A stretch of 64,000 bases of DNA from Macrostomum lignano (taxonomy: Eukaryota): the NCBI GenBank assembly GCA_002269645.1, contig NIVC01001525.1:186001-250000 (forward strand), written 5' to 3'. The notes below the pieces were generated by a model, which worked only from the letters and a program-made list of their open reading frames with translations, did not search any database and had not been told where the DNA came from. This document shows, in pieces, positions 12,885 through 26,226 of this stretch; the first letter of the stretch is position 1; each line of letters starts with the position of its first letter. Made by a program: the position numbers and the translations under genes.

Positions 12885-13807
12885 TCATCGTTTTGATAAC
12901 ATGAATTGTAGCACTTATATAATTCAACACTGAAAACTCCAAGCATAGAAATCACTCGAAGCAAGTTATGACATAATCAATTTCTCAGGCAGGCAATATC
13001 AGTTTCAATTATTAAAGTCAACTATTAAAGTGAAAAATATGGTTACGCAATCTAAATTTAAATACAATGGCGCTGGCTTGAATTGCGGAGTTGCGATAAA
13101 GTAGGGGTTTGCGGTATGGAAGAGCGTACAATGAGTATATAAAGTAAAAAGTATAAAAATCTTCTTTTTAATGCTGTGCTCTTAGTTTTTCGAATCTCAG
13201 AAAACAAATTATATTCCCGAACTCAGCGTTCCAAGCTCTTTCCAGCAATACAAGGTTCTCTTCTGAAAGTGAAAAACTCAAAGCGCAAACAACGATTGAA
13301 CATTCTTGCTCTAAAGCATTGAAATTAAAAAGGTGTACATTCAGCGCCAGCTACAGTGAGAGGCCTGCAAGTTGATGCATTGAAATTAACAACCAAGCAA
13401 TGCTCAGGACTAATTGAATGGCGAAACCCTCCCCCCCCCCAATTTCAATAACTTAAAGGTGTTGCGCAACCTTTCAACGCTTGTAGCTTTCCACGCGAGT
13501 GTAGAGAACCAATGCTATAGTTGGCACTGAGTTATGATGCAATACAATTCCATCGGCAGTCAGAATGCTTCTTAATCGGAAAAAAACTGTTTGAACTTAA
13601 AAAAACATGGCAAAAATCGAGTTTTTCGAATATTTAATCCCGAAAAAATGAAGCAATTTCTTAGCAAAATTATGTGTACCAGCGCACCATCAATACGCAT
13701 CGAATGCAGAAAACCCCACGAAATTCTGACCACGCAAAGTCAAGTTAAACAAAGGTTCCTATAGATAGATAGATAGGTAGGTAGGTAGGTAGGTACATAG
13801 TTTTGAA

Positions 13808-16800
13808 ACATTGTGGCTCTTTTTTGTTCTACGCTCGTACATGGTAACTCTTTTATGTTTGATACGGTGGCTTTTCAATGTCTGACATGGTGGCTCTTCT
13901 ATGTTTGACATGGGGGCTCTTCTATGTTTGACATGGGGGCTCTTCTATGTTTGACATGGGAGCTCTTCTATGTTTGACAAAGTGGCTTTTTAATGTTTGA
14001 CATGGTGGCTCTATTATGTTTGACATGGTGGCTCTATTATGTTTGACATGGTGGCTCTTTAATGTTCAAAAAGTTGGCTCTTTTATGTTTGACATGGTGG
14101 CTCTTTAATGTTTGACATGGTGGCTCTTTAATGTTTGACATGGTGGCTCTTTAATGTTAGACAAAGTAGCTCTTTAATGTTTGACATGATGGCTCTTAAA
14201 TGTTAGACATGGTGGCTCTTAACTTTTTGACATGGTGGCTCTTTAATGTTGGACATGGTGGCTTTTTAATGTTAGACATGGTGGCTCTTTAATGTTCGAC
14301 ATAAAGTCACTTATATGTTTGACATGGTGGCTCTTTAATGTTTGACATGGTAGCTCTTTTATGTTCGACATGGTGGCTCTTTTATGTTCGACATGGTGTC
14401 GCTTCAATGTTCGACATGGTGTCGCTTCAATGTTCGACATGGAGTTACGTATATGTTTTACATGGTGACTCTTTTATGTTCGACATGGTGGCTCTTTAAT
14501 GTTTGACATGGGGTCTCTTCAATGTTTGACATGGAGTTACGTATATGTTTGACAAGGTGGCTCTTTAATGTTTTACATGGTGGCACTTTCATGTTTGACC
14601 TGGTGGCTCTTTAATATTTGACATGGTGGCTCTTTTATGTTTGACATGGTGGCTCTTTTATCTTTGACATGGTGGCTCTGTAATGTTCGACATGGAGTCA
14701 TGTATATGTTTCACATGGTAGCTCTTAAATGTTCGACATGGTGGCTCTTTAATGTTCAACATGGAGTCATGTATATGTTTGACATGGTGGCTCTTAAATG
14801 TTCGACATAGTGGCTCTATAATGTTTGACATGGTGGCTCTTTAATGTTCGACATGGCGTCATGTATATGTTTGACATGGTAGCTCTTGAATGTTCAACAT
14901 GGAGTCATGTATATGTTTGACATGGTGGCTCTTAAATGTTCGACATGGTGGCTCTTTAATGTTTGACATAGTGTCTCTTTACTGTTTGACATGGAGTCAT
15001 GTATATGTTTGACATGGTGGCTCTTTAATGTTAGACATGGTGGCTCTTTTATGTTTTGCATGGTGGCTCTTTTATGTTCGACATGGTGTCTCTTCAATGT
15101 TTGACATGGCGTCATGTATATGTTTGACATGGATGCTCTTGTATTTTTAACATGTTGACTCTTTAATTTTCGAAATGGTGGCTCTTAATTGTCTAACATG
15201 GAGTCACGTATATGTTTGACATGGAGTCATGCATATGCCTGATATGGTAGCTCTTTAATGTTTTACATGGAGTCACGTATATGTTTCACATGTTGGGTAT
15301 TTTATGTTTGACATGGTGGTTCTTAAATGTTCGACATGGTGGCTCTTTAATGTTTGACATGGTGGCTCTTTAATATTTGACATGGTGGCCCTTTTATGTT
15401 CGACATGGTGGCTCTTCAATGTTTGACATGGAGTCACGTATATGTTTTACATGGTGGCTCTTTTATGTTCGACATGGCGTCATGTATATGTTTGACATGG
15501 TAGCTCTTGAATGTTCAACATGGAGTCATGTATATTTTTGACATGGTAGCTCTTGAATGTTCAACATGGAGTCATGTATATGTTTGACATGGTGGCTCTT
15601 AAATGTTCGACATGGTGGCTCTTTAATGTTAGACATAGTGTCTCTTTAATGTTTTGCATGGTGGCTCTTTTATGTTCGACATGGTGTCTCTTCAATGTTT
15701 GACATGGAGTCATGTATATGTTTGACATGGTGGCTCTTGTATTTTTAACATGTTGGCTCTTTAATGTTCGACATGGTGGCTCTTTAATGTCTAACATGGA
15801 GTCACGTATATGTTTGACATGGAGTCATGTATATGTCTGATATGGTAGCTCTTTAATGTTTTACATGAAGTCACGTATATGTTTCACATGGTGGCTATTT
15901 TATGTTTGACATGGTGGTTCTTGAATGTTCGACATGGTGGCTCTTTAATGTGTTACATGGTGGCACTTTCATGTTTGACCTGGTGGCTCTTTAATGTTTG
16001 ACATAGTGTCTCTTTCATGTTTGACATGGAGTCATGTATATGTTTGACATGGTAGCTCTTGAATGTTCGACATAGAGTCATGTATATGTCTGCCATGGTG
16101 GCTCTTTAATGTTAGACATGGTGGCACTTTCATGTTTGACCTGGTGGCTCTTTAATGTTTGACATGGTGGCTCTTTAATATTTGACATGGTGGCCCTTTA
16201 ATATTTGACATGGTGGCCCTTTAATGTTCGACATGGTGGCTCTTCAATGTTCGACATGGAGTCATGTATATGTTTGACCTGGTTGCTCTTTAATGTTTGA
16301 CATGGTGGCTCTTTAATGTTCGACATGGTGGCTCTTTTAGGGTTGAAATGGTGGCTCTTTAATGTTTGACATGGTGGCTCTTTAATGTTCGACATGGTGG
16401 CTCTTTTATGTTCGACATGGCGTCATGTATATGTTTGACATGGTAGCTCTTGAATGTTCAACGTGGAGTCATGTATATGTTGGACATGGTGGCTCTTTAA
16501 TGTTCGACATGGTGGCTCTTTAATGGTCGACATGGTGGCTCTTTAATGTTCGACATGGTAGCTCTTTAATGTTCGACATGGTGGCTCTTTAATGGTCGAC
16601 ATGGTGGCTCTTTAATGGTCGACATGGTGGCTCTTTAATGTTTGACATGGTGGCTCTTTAATGTTTGACATTGTGCTTTTTTGTGTTTAGCATTTTGTGT
16701 TTTTAAGATTTTTGAATAAAAAAATCTTTTTGCACTACTAAGATTCGAACCCAGGTCGCAGCATTAGCAGTCCAGTCTGTTCGCATCTATGCTATCTCTT

Positions 16801-17266
16801 GTCTTGAATTGTGGCCCTTATAATTTAATTCTTATAGCAAATCGGTTAGAGTAAAAAGTTATGACATAATCAATTTCTCAGTCAGCCAGTATCAGTGTCA
16901 ATTTAAGTTAGCAATATTGTTACGCAATTTAAATCAAGTTTTGTGTGCATTTGTTCGGCACTGTTTTCAACTGGTTGTGATGTAATCTTTATCACAATTG
17001 GAATTCAGTCAGTCAGTTTTTTTTCTAGCATTCTTACAATGCATTTCAGGTCGAAAGAGCTGCTTGACCTTTGCAAAAAAGCATGTTTTTCGAATATTTA
17101 ATCTCTTTAAAATTGAGCAATTTCTTAGCCAAGATGCATGTACCGTCCCAGGAAAATTTCTGATCGAATGGTGCAAGTTTGAAGAAAATCGGTTGAGCCA
17201 TTTTTTCTGAAATCTATCGCATACCTACCTACCTACCCACAGACAACTCATTTTTAGTATATAGGA
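13808..17266 (-). mobile_element. Helitron unit B' (3'-truncated within the 23-bp satellite)
   Basis: 5' TCC at 17266 fused to the CTAG of unit A; colinear with 5556-9014. Confidence 0.75.
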
Positions 17267-20200
17267 CTAGCCAATTCCAACCCCCGTTGGGGCTTTCCGT
17301 CCAAACTCCAACCACAGTTTTCCCCATCCACAAAATCCCCGATGCAAAGAATCTCACATGCAAAGAATCCCCCATCCAAAGAACCCCCATCGATAGAATC
17401 ACCGATCCGAATAATTCCCCATTCAATGAATCCCATACTCAAGAAATTCCCGATCTACAGAAGCCCCCTATCTAACGAATCCCCATCCAAAGAATCCCTC
17501 ATCCACAGAATCCAAATATAAAGAATCCTCCATCCATCCCTATCCAAAGAATTTCCTCATTCATTCCTATCCAAAGAATTTCCTCATTCATTCCTACCTA
17601 AAGAATCCCCCATCCATCCATATCCAAAGAATCCCCCCCAATGAATCCCCGTCCAAATAATTCACATCATAATCCCCATCTAAATAATCCATAGATCTCC
17701 CATCTAAATAATCCGCCATCAAAGAAATAATTGGACAAAGAATTCCCTCGTCTAAAGAACCCCGTCCGAATAACCCCCATCCAACGAATCCAAAGAATCT
17801 CCCATCCAAATAATCCCCCTATTAATAGAATTCTTGGCCAAAGAACCCCCTCATCTAAAGAACCCCCGTCCAAATAACCCCCATCTAACGAATCCTTCAT
17901 CTAAAGAATCAACCATTCGAAAAACCCTCCATCGAAACAATGCCCCATCAAAAGAATTCCCTTATGAATCACCTATCCAAAGATATCTATTAAAAGCATC
18001 CCTCATCCAAAGAATCATCAATCCATAGAATTCCCCCAAGACTTAACATCTCAGCAATTCCCCCAAGCCTCGACACCTCAGAAAATTCCCCCAAGCCTTG
18101 AAATCCTACCAATTTCTCCCCGTCCGAAGCCTTGACATCTCAGCAGTCCTACAAGTAAGCCTCTATATCTCAGTTATTCCCTGAGTAAGCCTTTATATCT
18201 CAGTAACTCCCCTTGTAAGTCTTGACATCTTAGCAATTTCTCCCCGTCCAAAGCCTTGACATCTCAGCGATTCCCCCAAAGCCTTGACATCTCAGCAGTT
18301 CCCCATTAAGCCTTGAAATCTCAGCAATTCCCCTCCCCAAGACTTGACATCTTATAAATTTCCCCTTAAGCCTTGACATCTCAGCGATCCCCCACAAGCC
18401 TTGCATCTCAGCAAGTCCCTCTTAAGCCTTCACATCTTATTAATTCCCCTAGGTAAGATTTTATACATGTATTTCAATAATTCCTCCTGTAAATCTTGAC
18501 ATCTTAGAATTCTCTTCCGAGCAAGCATCCCCCCCCCAAGAGCAAGCGTCCTTCCGATAGCAAGCATCCCCTGATAGAAAGTACTCCCACCAAGATTAGT
18601 GAAACAATTTCCTCAGCTAGCCAATTCCAACCCCCGTTGGGGCTATTCGTCCAAACTCCAACCACAGTTTTTCCACGCAATAAAATTTCACCCAACTGAA
18701 TCTCAAATTTAAAGAATCCCCCTTCCAAAGAATCCACCACCCATAGAATCCACGATACAAAGAATCTCACATGCAAAGAATCCGCCATCCAAAAACCTCC
18801 CATCGATAGAATCCCCAATCCGAAGAATTCCCCCTTCAATGAATCCTCCTATCTGAATAATTGCCCATCCATAGAATCTCACATGCAGAGAATCCCCATC
18901 CAAAGAACCCCCATCGATAGAATCCCCGATCCGAAGAATTCCCCTGCCAATGAATCCCCATCGACAGAATCCCCTATCCAAAGAATCCCCCATCCATCCC
19001 TATCCAAAGAATCCCCCATCCATCCCTATCCAAAGAATCCCCCATCCATCCCTATCCAAAGAATCCCCCATCCATCCCTATCCAAAGAATCCCCCATCCA
19101 TCCCTATCCAAAGAATCCCCCATCCATCCCTATCCAAAGAATCCCCCATCCAACCGTATCCAAAGAATCCCCCATCCATCCCTATCCAAAGAATCCCCCA
19201 TCCATCCCTATCCAAAGAATCCCCCCATCCATCCCTATCAAAAGAATCCCCCATCCATCCCTATCCAAAGAATCCCCCATCCATCCCTATCTAAAGAATT
19301 CCCCATCCATCCCTATCCAAAGAATCCCCCATCCATCCCTATCCAGAATCCCCCCATCCATCCCTATCCAAAGAATCCCCCATCCATCCCTATCCAAAGA
19401 ATCCCCCATCCATCCCTATTTAGAATCCCCCCATCCATCCCTATCCAAAGAATCCCCCATCCATCCCTATCCAAAGAACCCCCCATCCATCCCTATCCAG
19501 AATCCCTCCATCCATCCCTATCCAAAGAATCCCCCATCCATCCCTATCCAAAGAATCCCCCCATCCATCCCTATCCAAAGAATCCCCCCATCCATAGAAT
19601 CCCGATCAAAATGATCCCCATCCACAGAATCCCGATCAAAATAATGCAAATATTCACTCATCCAAATAAATAAATAAACCTCCATCAAAAGAATCATTGA
19701 ATCATTGAATCTGAATCTGAGTCCCCTCATCTAAAGAACCCCGTCCAAATAATCCAAAGAATCATACTCCAAATAATCTCCATCTAAAGAATCCAAAGAA
19801 TCTCCCATCTAAATAATCCCCAATAAATAAAATCCTAGGCCAAAGAATCCTTCATCGAAAGAATCCCCCATCGATGGAATTTCCCAATGAATCACCTATC
19901 TAAACATATCCATTAGAAGCAGCCCTCATGGAAGGAATCCCCAATCCACAGAATTCCCCCCCCCAAGACTTGACATCTCAACAATTCCCCCCAAGCCTTG
20001 ACACCTCAGTTCATTCTCTCTTAAGCTTTGATATCTCAGAAATTCACTCTCAAGACTTGAAATTTCAGGAATTCCCCCGCCAAGACTTGACATCTCAGCA
20101 GTCTCCAAGTAAGCCTTTATATCTCAGTGATTCCCCCAGTAAGTCTTAACATCTCAGTGATTCCCCCAAGCCTTGACATTTTAGAAATTCCCCCCACGCC

Positions 20201-22076
20201 AGCAGTTCCCCCATTAAGCCTTTATATCTCAGAAATTCCCCCCAAGCCTTAACATCTCAGCAATCCCCCCACCAAGCCTTGGCGTCTCAGAAAGTCCCTC
20301 TTCAGCCTTGAGAGCGAATTGCTGAGATGTCAAAGCTTAAGAGAGAATGAACTGAGGTGTCAAGGCTCAGTGATTTCCTCAGTAGGTCTTCACAACTTAG
20401 CAATTTCTCCCCGTCCAAGGGCCTGACATCTCAGAAATTCCCCCACGCCTTGAAACCCCAACAATTTCCTTTTGGCATCTCAGCAAGTCCCTTTAAGGCT
20501 TGATATCTCAGTAATTCCCCAGTAAGTTTGCATATCTGAATAATTCCCCAGTATGTCTTGACATCTTAGCAATCTCACCCGATCAAGCATGCCCTAAGAG
20601 CAAGCGTCCTTTCGATAGCAAGCATCCTGTGGTGTATCGCACACTAAGATGCACTATAGTTTATATAAGTTCAAGTTCGTTATTCAATGCCGTTTGTTTG
20701 CACTAATCTCCTCTAAGCATTCTATCGCTACAGTTTCTTCTATGGTAATTAACCCAGCCCAAAGTTGCTAGAGCTCACCTTCTTGATCTCTCTCAAATAA
20801 GAAATATAAAGAATCTTAAGCTCATGAGTTAAATACTTCAGTCGGAGTTCAATTCACAACACATCCCCTGATAGAAAGTAACCCAAGCAAGACAGTGAAA
20901 CAATTTACTCAGCTAGTACAATAATTAGTTTCTTATCTAGTGCAATAATCCTTTTCAAAATTCTAAGTTTAATAAAAAAATTTGAATCTACTACATGAAC
21001 GCTCGTAGCTTCTTCTTTTTTACCTGATTTACCGGAAGTTTTTTAAAGTTAAAATTTTTAATAAAAAAACTTTTACTCTCTAAAAATTCGAACCCACGTC
21101 GCTGCATTAGCAGTTCAGTCTGTTCACCTCTAGGCCAACTCATCGTTTTGATAACATGAATTGTAGCACTTATATAATTCAACACTGAAAACTCCAAGCA
21201 TAGAAATCACTCGAAGCAAGTTATGACATAATCAATTTCTCAGGCAGGCAATATCAGTTTCAATTATTAAAGTCAACTATTAAAGTGAAAAATATGGTTA
21301 CGCAATCTAAATTTAAATACAATGGCGCTGGCTTGAATTGCGGAGTTGCGATAAAGTAGGGGTTTGCGGTATGGAAGAGCGTACAATGAGTATATAAAGT
21401 AAAAAGTATAAAAATCTTCTTTTTAATGCTGTGCTCTTAGTTTTTCGAATCTCAGAAAACAAATTATATTCCCGAACTCAGCGTTCCAAGCTCTTTCCAG
21501 CAATACAAGGTTCTCTTCTGAAAGTGAAAAACTCAAAGCGCAAACAACGATTGAACATTCTTGCTCTAAAGCATTGAAATTAAAAAGGTGTACATTCAGC
21601 GCCAGCTACAGTGAGAGGCCTGCAAGTTGATGCATTGAAATTAACAACCAAGCAATGCTCAGGACTAATTGAATGGCGAAACCCTCCCCCCCCCAATTTC
21701 AATAACTTAAAGGTGTTGCGCAACCTTTCAACGCTTGTAGCTTTCCACGCGAGTGTAGAGAACCAATGCTATAGTTGGCACTGAGTTATGATGCAATACA
21801 ATTCCATCGGCAGTCAGAATGCTTCTTAATCGGAAAAAAACTGTTTGAACTTAAAAAAACGGGGCAAAAATCGAGTTTTTCGAATATTTAATCCCGAAAA
21901 AATGAAGCAATTTCTTAGCAAAATTATGTGTACCAGCGCACCATCAATACGCATCGAATGCAGAAAACCCCACGAAATTCTGACCACGCAAAGTCAAGTT
22001 AAACAAAGGTTCCTATAGATAGATAGATAGGTAGGTAGGTAGGTAGGTACATAGTTTTGATTTTTAGTATATTGGA
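17267..22076 (-). mobile_element. Helitron unit A (complete, about 4.8 kb)
   Basis: 5' TCCAATATACTAAAAATC followed by (CTAC)n/(CTAT)n; 3' hairpin plus CTAG at 17270-17267; an internal copy of the 3' end at 18617-18620. Confidence 0.8.
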
Positions 22077-22203
22077 TGTACACTTCACTGCGCCTTGGGG
22101 GTTGGCTCTCAAGGCCGTTAATTGCACGAGCAGAGCCAAGCCGAGATTCCAATTCAGCCCCAAATTAATGTGACTGCACTTGGAATCGAGCCTGGGTCGC
22201 TGG

Positions 22204-22820
22204 CACCAGTTCTCCTCTATGCCCTTCCAGTTCTCCTCTATGCCCTTCCAGTTCTCCCCTATGCCCTTCCAGTTCTCCTCTATGCCCTTCCAGTTCTCCC
22301 CTATGCCCTTCCAGTTCTCCTCTATGCCCTTCCAGTTCTCCCCTATGCCCTTCCAGTTCTCCCCTATGCCCTTCCAGTTCTCCCCTCTGCCCTTCCAGTT
22401 CTCCCCTCTGCCCTTCCAGTTCTCCCCTATGCCCTTCCAGTTCTCCCCTATGCCCTTCCAGTTCTCCTCTATGCCCTTCCAGTTCTCCCCTATGCCCTTC
22501 CAGTTCTCCCCTATGCCCTTCCAGTACTCCTCTTCGCCCTTCCAGTTCTCCCCTATGCCCTTCCAGTTCTCCCCCATGCCCTTCCAGTTCTCCCCCATGC
22601 CCTTCCAGTTCTCCCCCATGCCCTTCCAGTTCTCCCCCATGCCCTTCCAGTTCTCCCCTATGCCCTTCCAGCTCTCCTCTAAGCCCTTCCAGTTCTCCTC
22701 TATGCCCTTCCAGTTCTCCCCTATGCCCTTCCAGTTCTCCCCCATGCCCTTCCAGTTCTCCCCTATGCCCTTCCAGTTCTCCCCCATGCCCTTCCAGTTC
22801 TCCCATCTGCCTTTCCAGTT
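22204..22820. repeat. 21-bp minisatellite (ATGCCCTTCCAGTTCTCCCCT)n; paralog at 61616-62340
   Basis: Direct tandem repeats abutting the truncated 5' head of the SINE. Confidence 0.95.
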
Positions 22821-23806
22821 CTCCCTCTTCAGCCTTCCAATTACCCCACTCTGCCCTCTGCCTATCCTCTTTTGAATTCAATGAAGATTCAACACAAAAA
22901 TTTGGAATGCGCCGAGAATAGGCTACACTATATATTGATAGTTAATTATCAAGTCGAAAAAGTCTAGTAATCTAAATATGTACTAAGCCAATAAAGATGA
23001 ATCTAAGAGTATTATTAGACACATGCTTGAGTATATGCTACGAGCACTTGGGCCAATATGTCGCAAAACGTTTACAAAAAAGGCTAATCATAAAAAGTTC
23101 TCAGGAAAGCATGCTTAATTAACTCTAAAGCGTGATGCAATTCTCCATACAATTTCAGGGCATTAAGGCCCGGTCAAAGCCATAAGCAAAAATAGCAACC
23201 AGAGTTTTGTTATTTGTGCACAGAGCACGATTTTGTCTTGAGTAATGATTATAACAGTTACTATGGTGTAATTTAGGACAGCAATTTTTAGCACATATAA
23301 AAGTGTACTTTTGGACAATAATTCTTTAAAAAAATTGATATTTTAGTATTTTTGCGCTTCAGAAACTTATTTTCATAATCTGACAAAAAACTGCTACACA
23401 AAGCTATTGATAAGGAATTAACAAGTACTTGATTTACTTTACATGGAACACTACACTTGCTGCTTATGAATAAGAGTCTGCTTGAAACAAGGAAAGAGGG
23501 AGAAAGCGTGGGAGATGGGGAGATGAGGGAGCGGAGTAAGAGGGAAGGAATTAAAGTAACAAAAATTTCATATAAATAATACGGCGCTTGTTATAATATT
23601 GTTATATATTGCTGCTATTGTTGTGGTTTTTTCGTTAATGTTGTTGATATTGTTGTTGTCGTTCTGCTTTTGTTTTTGGTATTGTTGTTATTGGTTTTTA
23701 TTGTTGTTTTGTTGTTGTTGTTATTTCAGATAAGGGTCAATCCAGCTACCATGTCTTATTCTGCGCGTTAAAGCTCCCAACTATTGAAAAAATTCAGACC
23801 TGTCAA

Positions 23807-26226
23807 TCAGAGCATCCATGATATCGGCGGAGCACCAGCCTGGCCTTCATGCCGCATGAAGTCAACGAGATTTCTACTCCGTCTAGCGGCATTATTTCGG
23901 AAATCATTCTGTTCGAAGCTGGACAGTCCGTACCGAAGTTCGAAGAACATATTGGCTGCCACCAAAGTGACAACTGCCAGCTCCATCTCCGACTCATCAA
24001 AGCCTTTGTCTACGGAATCTTCATCATCTGAATAGCTAATTGGAAATGAATCCCTTGGCATCCATTTTTCGAAAACTTCTTCCAGCGTTGCTTTGCGCTC
24101 GCACTCACAAGAATCTCCCAAGAACACTCGGTAGTCAGTAGTAGCCATTGACTGCCTGACTGTGATTTGCTGGAGCGGATTCTCAGTGCAGTGCCGACAG
24201 TCGCAGTTGTGCAGCAGCACGTTTTCACCCTCCAGATATCTCACAAAATTCGCAGTCCAGAATTGTCGTCGTGTCGAGTCCCAGACATCGTCCCTTCTTG
24301 GGTTTCCGTTGTGTTGGCCGGTTGCAAACTTGACACTTTTTACAGACACGTTCGTCATCTGGGGCCCGTCATGTACAGCAAAATGGAACTTTTCGAGATC
24401 CCGGCAACTGTACTTGAAGTCTTTACCGATGCACCCCTTCTCAAAGCACAGGCCGTTTAGGGCCACGTAATTTCTAATGAAGGAAGCAAAATTATTTTGG
24501 CTGTTGGTGCTGCTGCTGAGAAACATCTCAAGAAAGCAAGGAATTTCAATTGCTGCTGTGGCGTGAGCTGGGTGATAGCGGTATGAGAAATACTCATGGA
24601 TATCTGAGACGGTCAGGTAAAGGATGGCCGACTTAAATAGCTCGTAGCTCACCGGTATGTCCACTGACACACCTTCGTTCATCCAGGTGCACAGACATCG
24701 CTCACCCATTCCTGCCGGTATTTGACCCTGGTTTCTTCTAATGTGATAAATAGGCAATTAGATAATAGCATGCACGGTGAGCAATTAATTAGGCCCTAGA
24801 CAAACCTACTTGGAGCGTCAGAGATTTTAAAGCTATTAATCCTAATCGCCTATCGCCGGTCGGCGAGTTCTACCAGTCTTTCTCCAATAGCCGCAGGTAC
24901 AGTACAAGAAAATAAAGAACACGAGGGAACACAAACCGGAAGATTTAGAGAGTGATAATCCTATTTCAAGAATAACTAACTTGATTGACGGTTTAATTTG
25001 ATTAGCTGAGTTACAAGATTTAGAGCAAATTCGCGGCGCAGATAATTAGACTGATGATAACGAATAGTAACGATTAATAATAATGATTATACGAGTATTA
25101 CGCACTGACAAGCGGATCTCAGCTGAAGAAGAAGAAGGAGGCACCGAACACAGGACCACGGAGAAAGACTCCTAACCCCTGGCCTAAGCCAGAACCTACA
25201 CTCAAACGAGAGCCCTGCCGAACCGACCGTTCAACGGAGTACCGACTAAATTCTATCGGCACTGCCCTTCAGTGTAACACTGAGGCCCTCGGGGTCGAGG
25301 CCGCGTACTTGATCAGATCCGACAGTCTCTATCTAACCGCGCTTGATAGCGACGACTTCAGACAGGAATTTGCCGTAGACGTTACGCCACAAGACTACTG
25401 CGGTTGGGCGGGGACAAAGATATGGACCGGGGGTGATGAATTCAGGCGCCTCAAAGCGCGAACCAACAAGAGGAGAAAAATCGGGCCACCGGCCGGAAAC
25501 TGGACAAGACAAACCGGGGAAAGGGAGCAAGCGAGATCCGATTGCCAAAACACACTTTCATTTATAGTCAGAGTCACAACCCCTCAAAACCCCCCTCAAG
25601 CCGGGTGGTGGTCGTCTGGCCGGCCGCTTGCTTAAGCCGAATTGCACTGTGCCCGCGGCGCCGGGTAAAATTGAAACTTGCCGCGTGCCAGGGTCCAGGC
25701 CGGTTCTGATTGGCTGACCGCGCAAAGCTGGGGTTCGCAGACAAACTCAACCCTCCGCTGAGTCACAAAATTGGCGTCTAACTCTAACCTGTTTACGCAA
25801 AATTGATTCCAACTAACAAGGAAAAAGTACACCAAAAACGCATGACTAAACTAAAGCAAAATAACAATTCAATAACAATATAGAAACTAATGCAGTCAAT
25901 TTACAACAAAATATACGCAAAGATGCTCACACTACACTAATTATTGGCCTCCCGAACACTCTGCGCCCTTCCCCTTGTTGTTCTGACGTCACATCCCTAA
26001 AAAGTGTTACCAGCCTCTCGTGAAACTCAAAAAATGGTTCTTCTTCATTTGTTTCGTAGGTGAGGACGACCATCAAAACCAGGCGGCGTTTTAGCGTTGG
26101 GTCGTTTTTACACTGGTCGATTTTCATCAGGCGTTCAATGTCCGAGACAGCACTTTCAGTTAGTTGCAGCTCAAATTGTTTATAGTTGTTAGAGTTCATC
26201 TGCAAAATGATAGGTTCCATCTTCAT
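23807..26226 (-). pseudogene. Intronless orphan gene (about 406 aa) interrupted by a solo LTR, with a C-terminal frameshift
   Basis: Removing 24742-25940 (LTR plus one TSD) joins ...GRPII to RRNQGQIP... in frame (96+310 aa). The paralog at 63294 has a different, longer C-terminus. Confidence 0.75.
24742..25936 (-). mobile_element. Solo LTR (1195 bp), Gypsy-like by its 4-bp TSD
   Basis: TG...CA termini; TSD CTAA at 24738-24741 and 25937-25940; on the minus strand TGACTCA, CCAAT and TATAAAT motifs; a diverged homolog lies at 57109-58292. Confidence 0.85.

Larger units (their letters stand above)
5556..13806. repeat. Copy 1 of an 8.25-kb tandem duplication (copy 2 at 13808-22060)
   Basis: The ORF track recurs at an offset of about 8252-8255; the junction at 13806-13808 is ttttga|a|acattgtgg; scattered SNPs separate the copies. 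Confidence 0.95.
9015..13806 (-). mobile_element. Helitron unit A' (5' end short by about 16 nt)
   Basis: 3' ccaac-gggg-gttgg hairpin plus CTAG at 9018-9015, fused directly to the TCC start of unit B; otherwise colinear with 17267-22060. Confidence 0.75.
4823..22076 (-). mobile_element. Composite non-autonomous Helitron-type insertion (units A-B'-A'-B)
   Basis: Minus strand starts TCC (22076) and ends with a ccccc-atc-ggggg hairpin about 10 nt before CTAG (4826-4823). It sits between A and T with no TSD. Empty sites at 61488|61489 and near 46120. No Rep/helicase ORF seen. Confidence 0.85.

Noticed and set aside
21999-22881. Long GENWK/ELEGHRG/PFQFSPM ORFs (also 61270-62437)
   Set aside because: A 21-bp repeat without stop codons is open in all frames; there is no evidence of coding.
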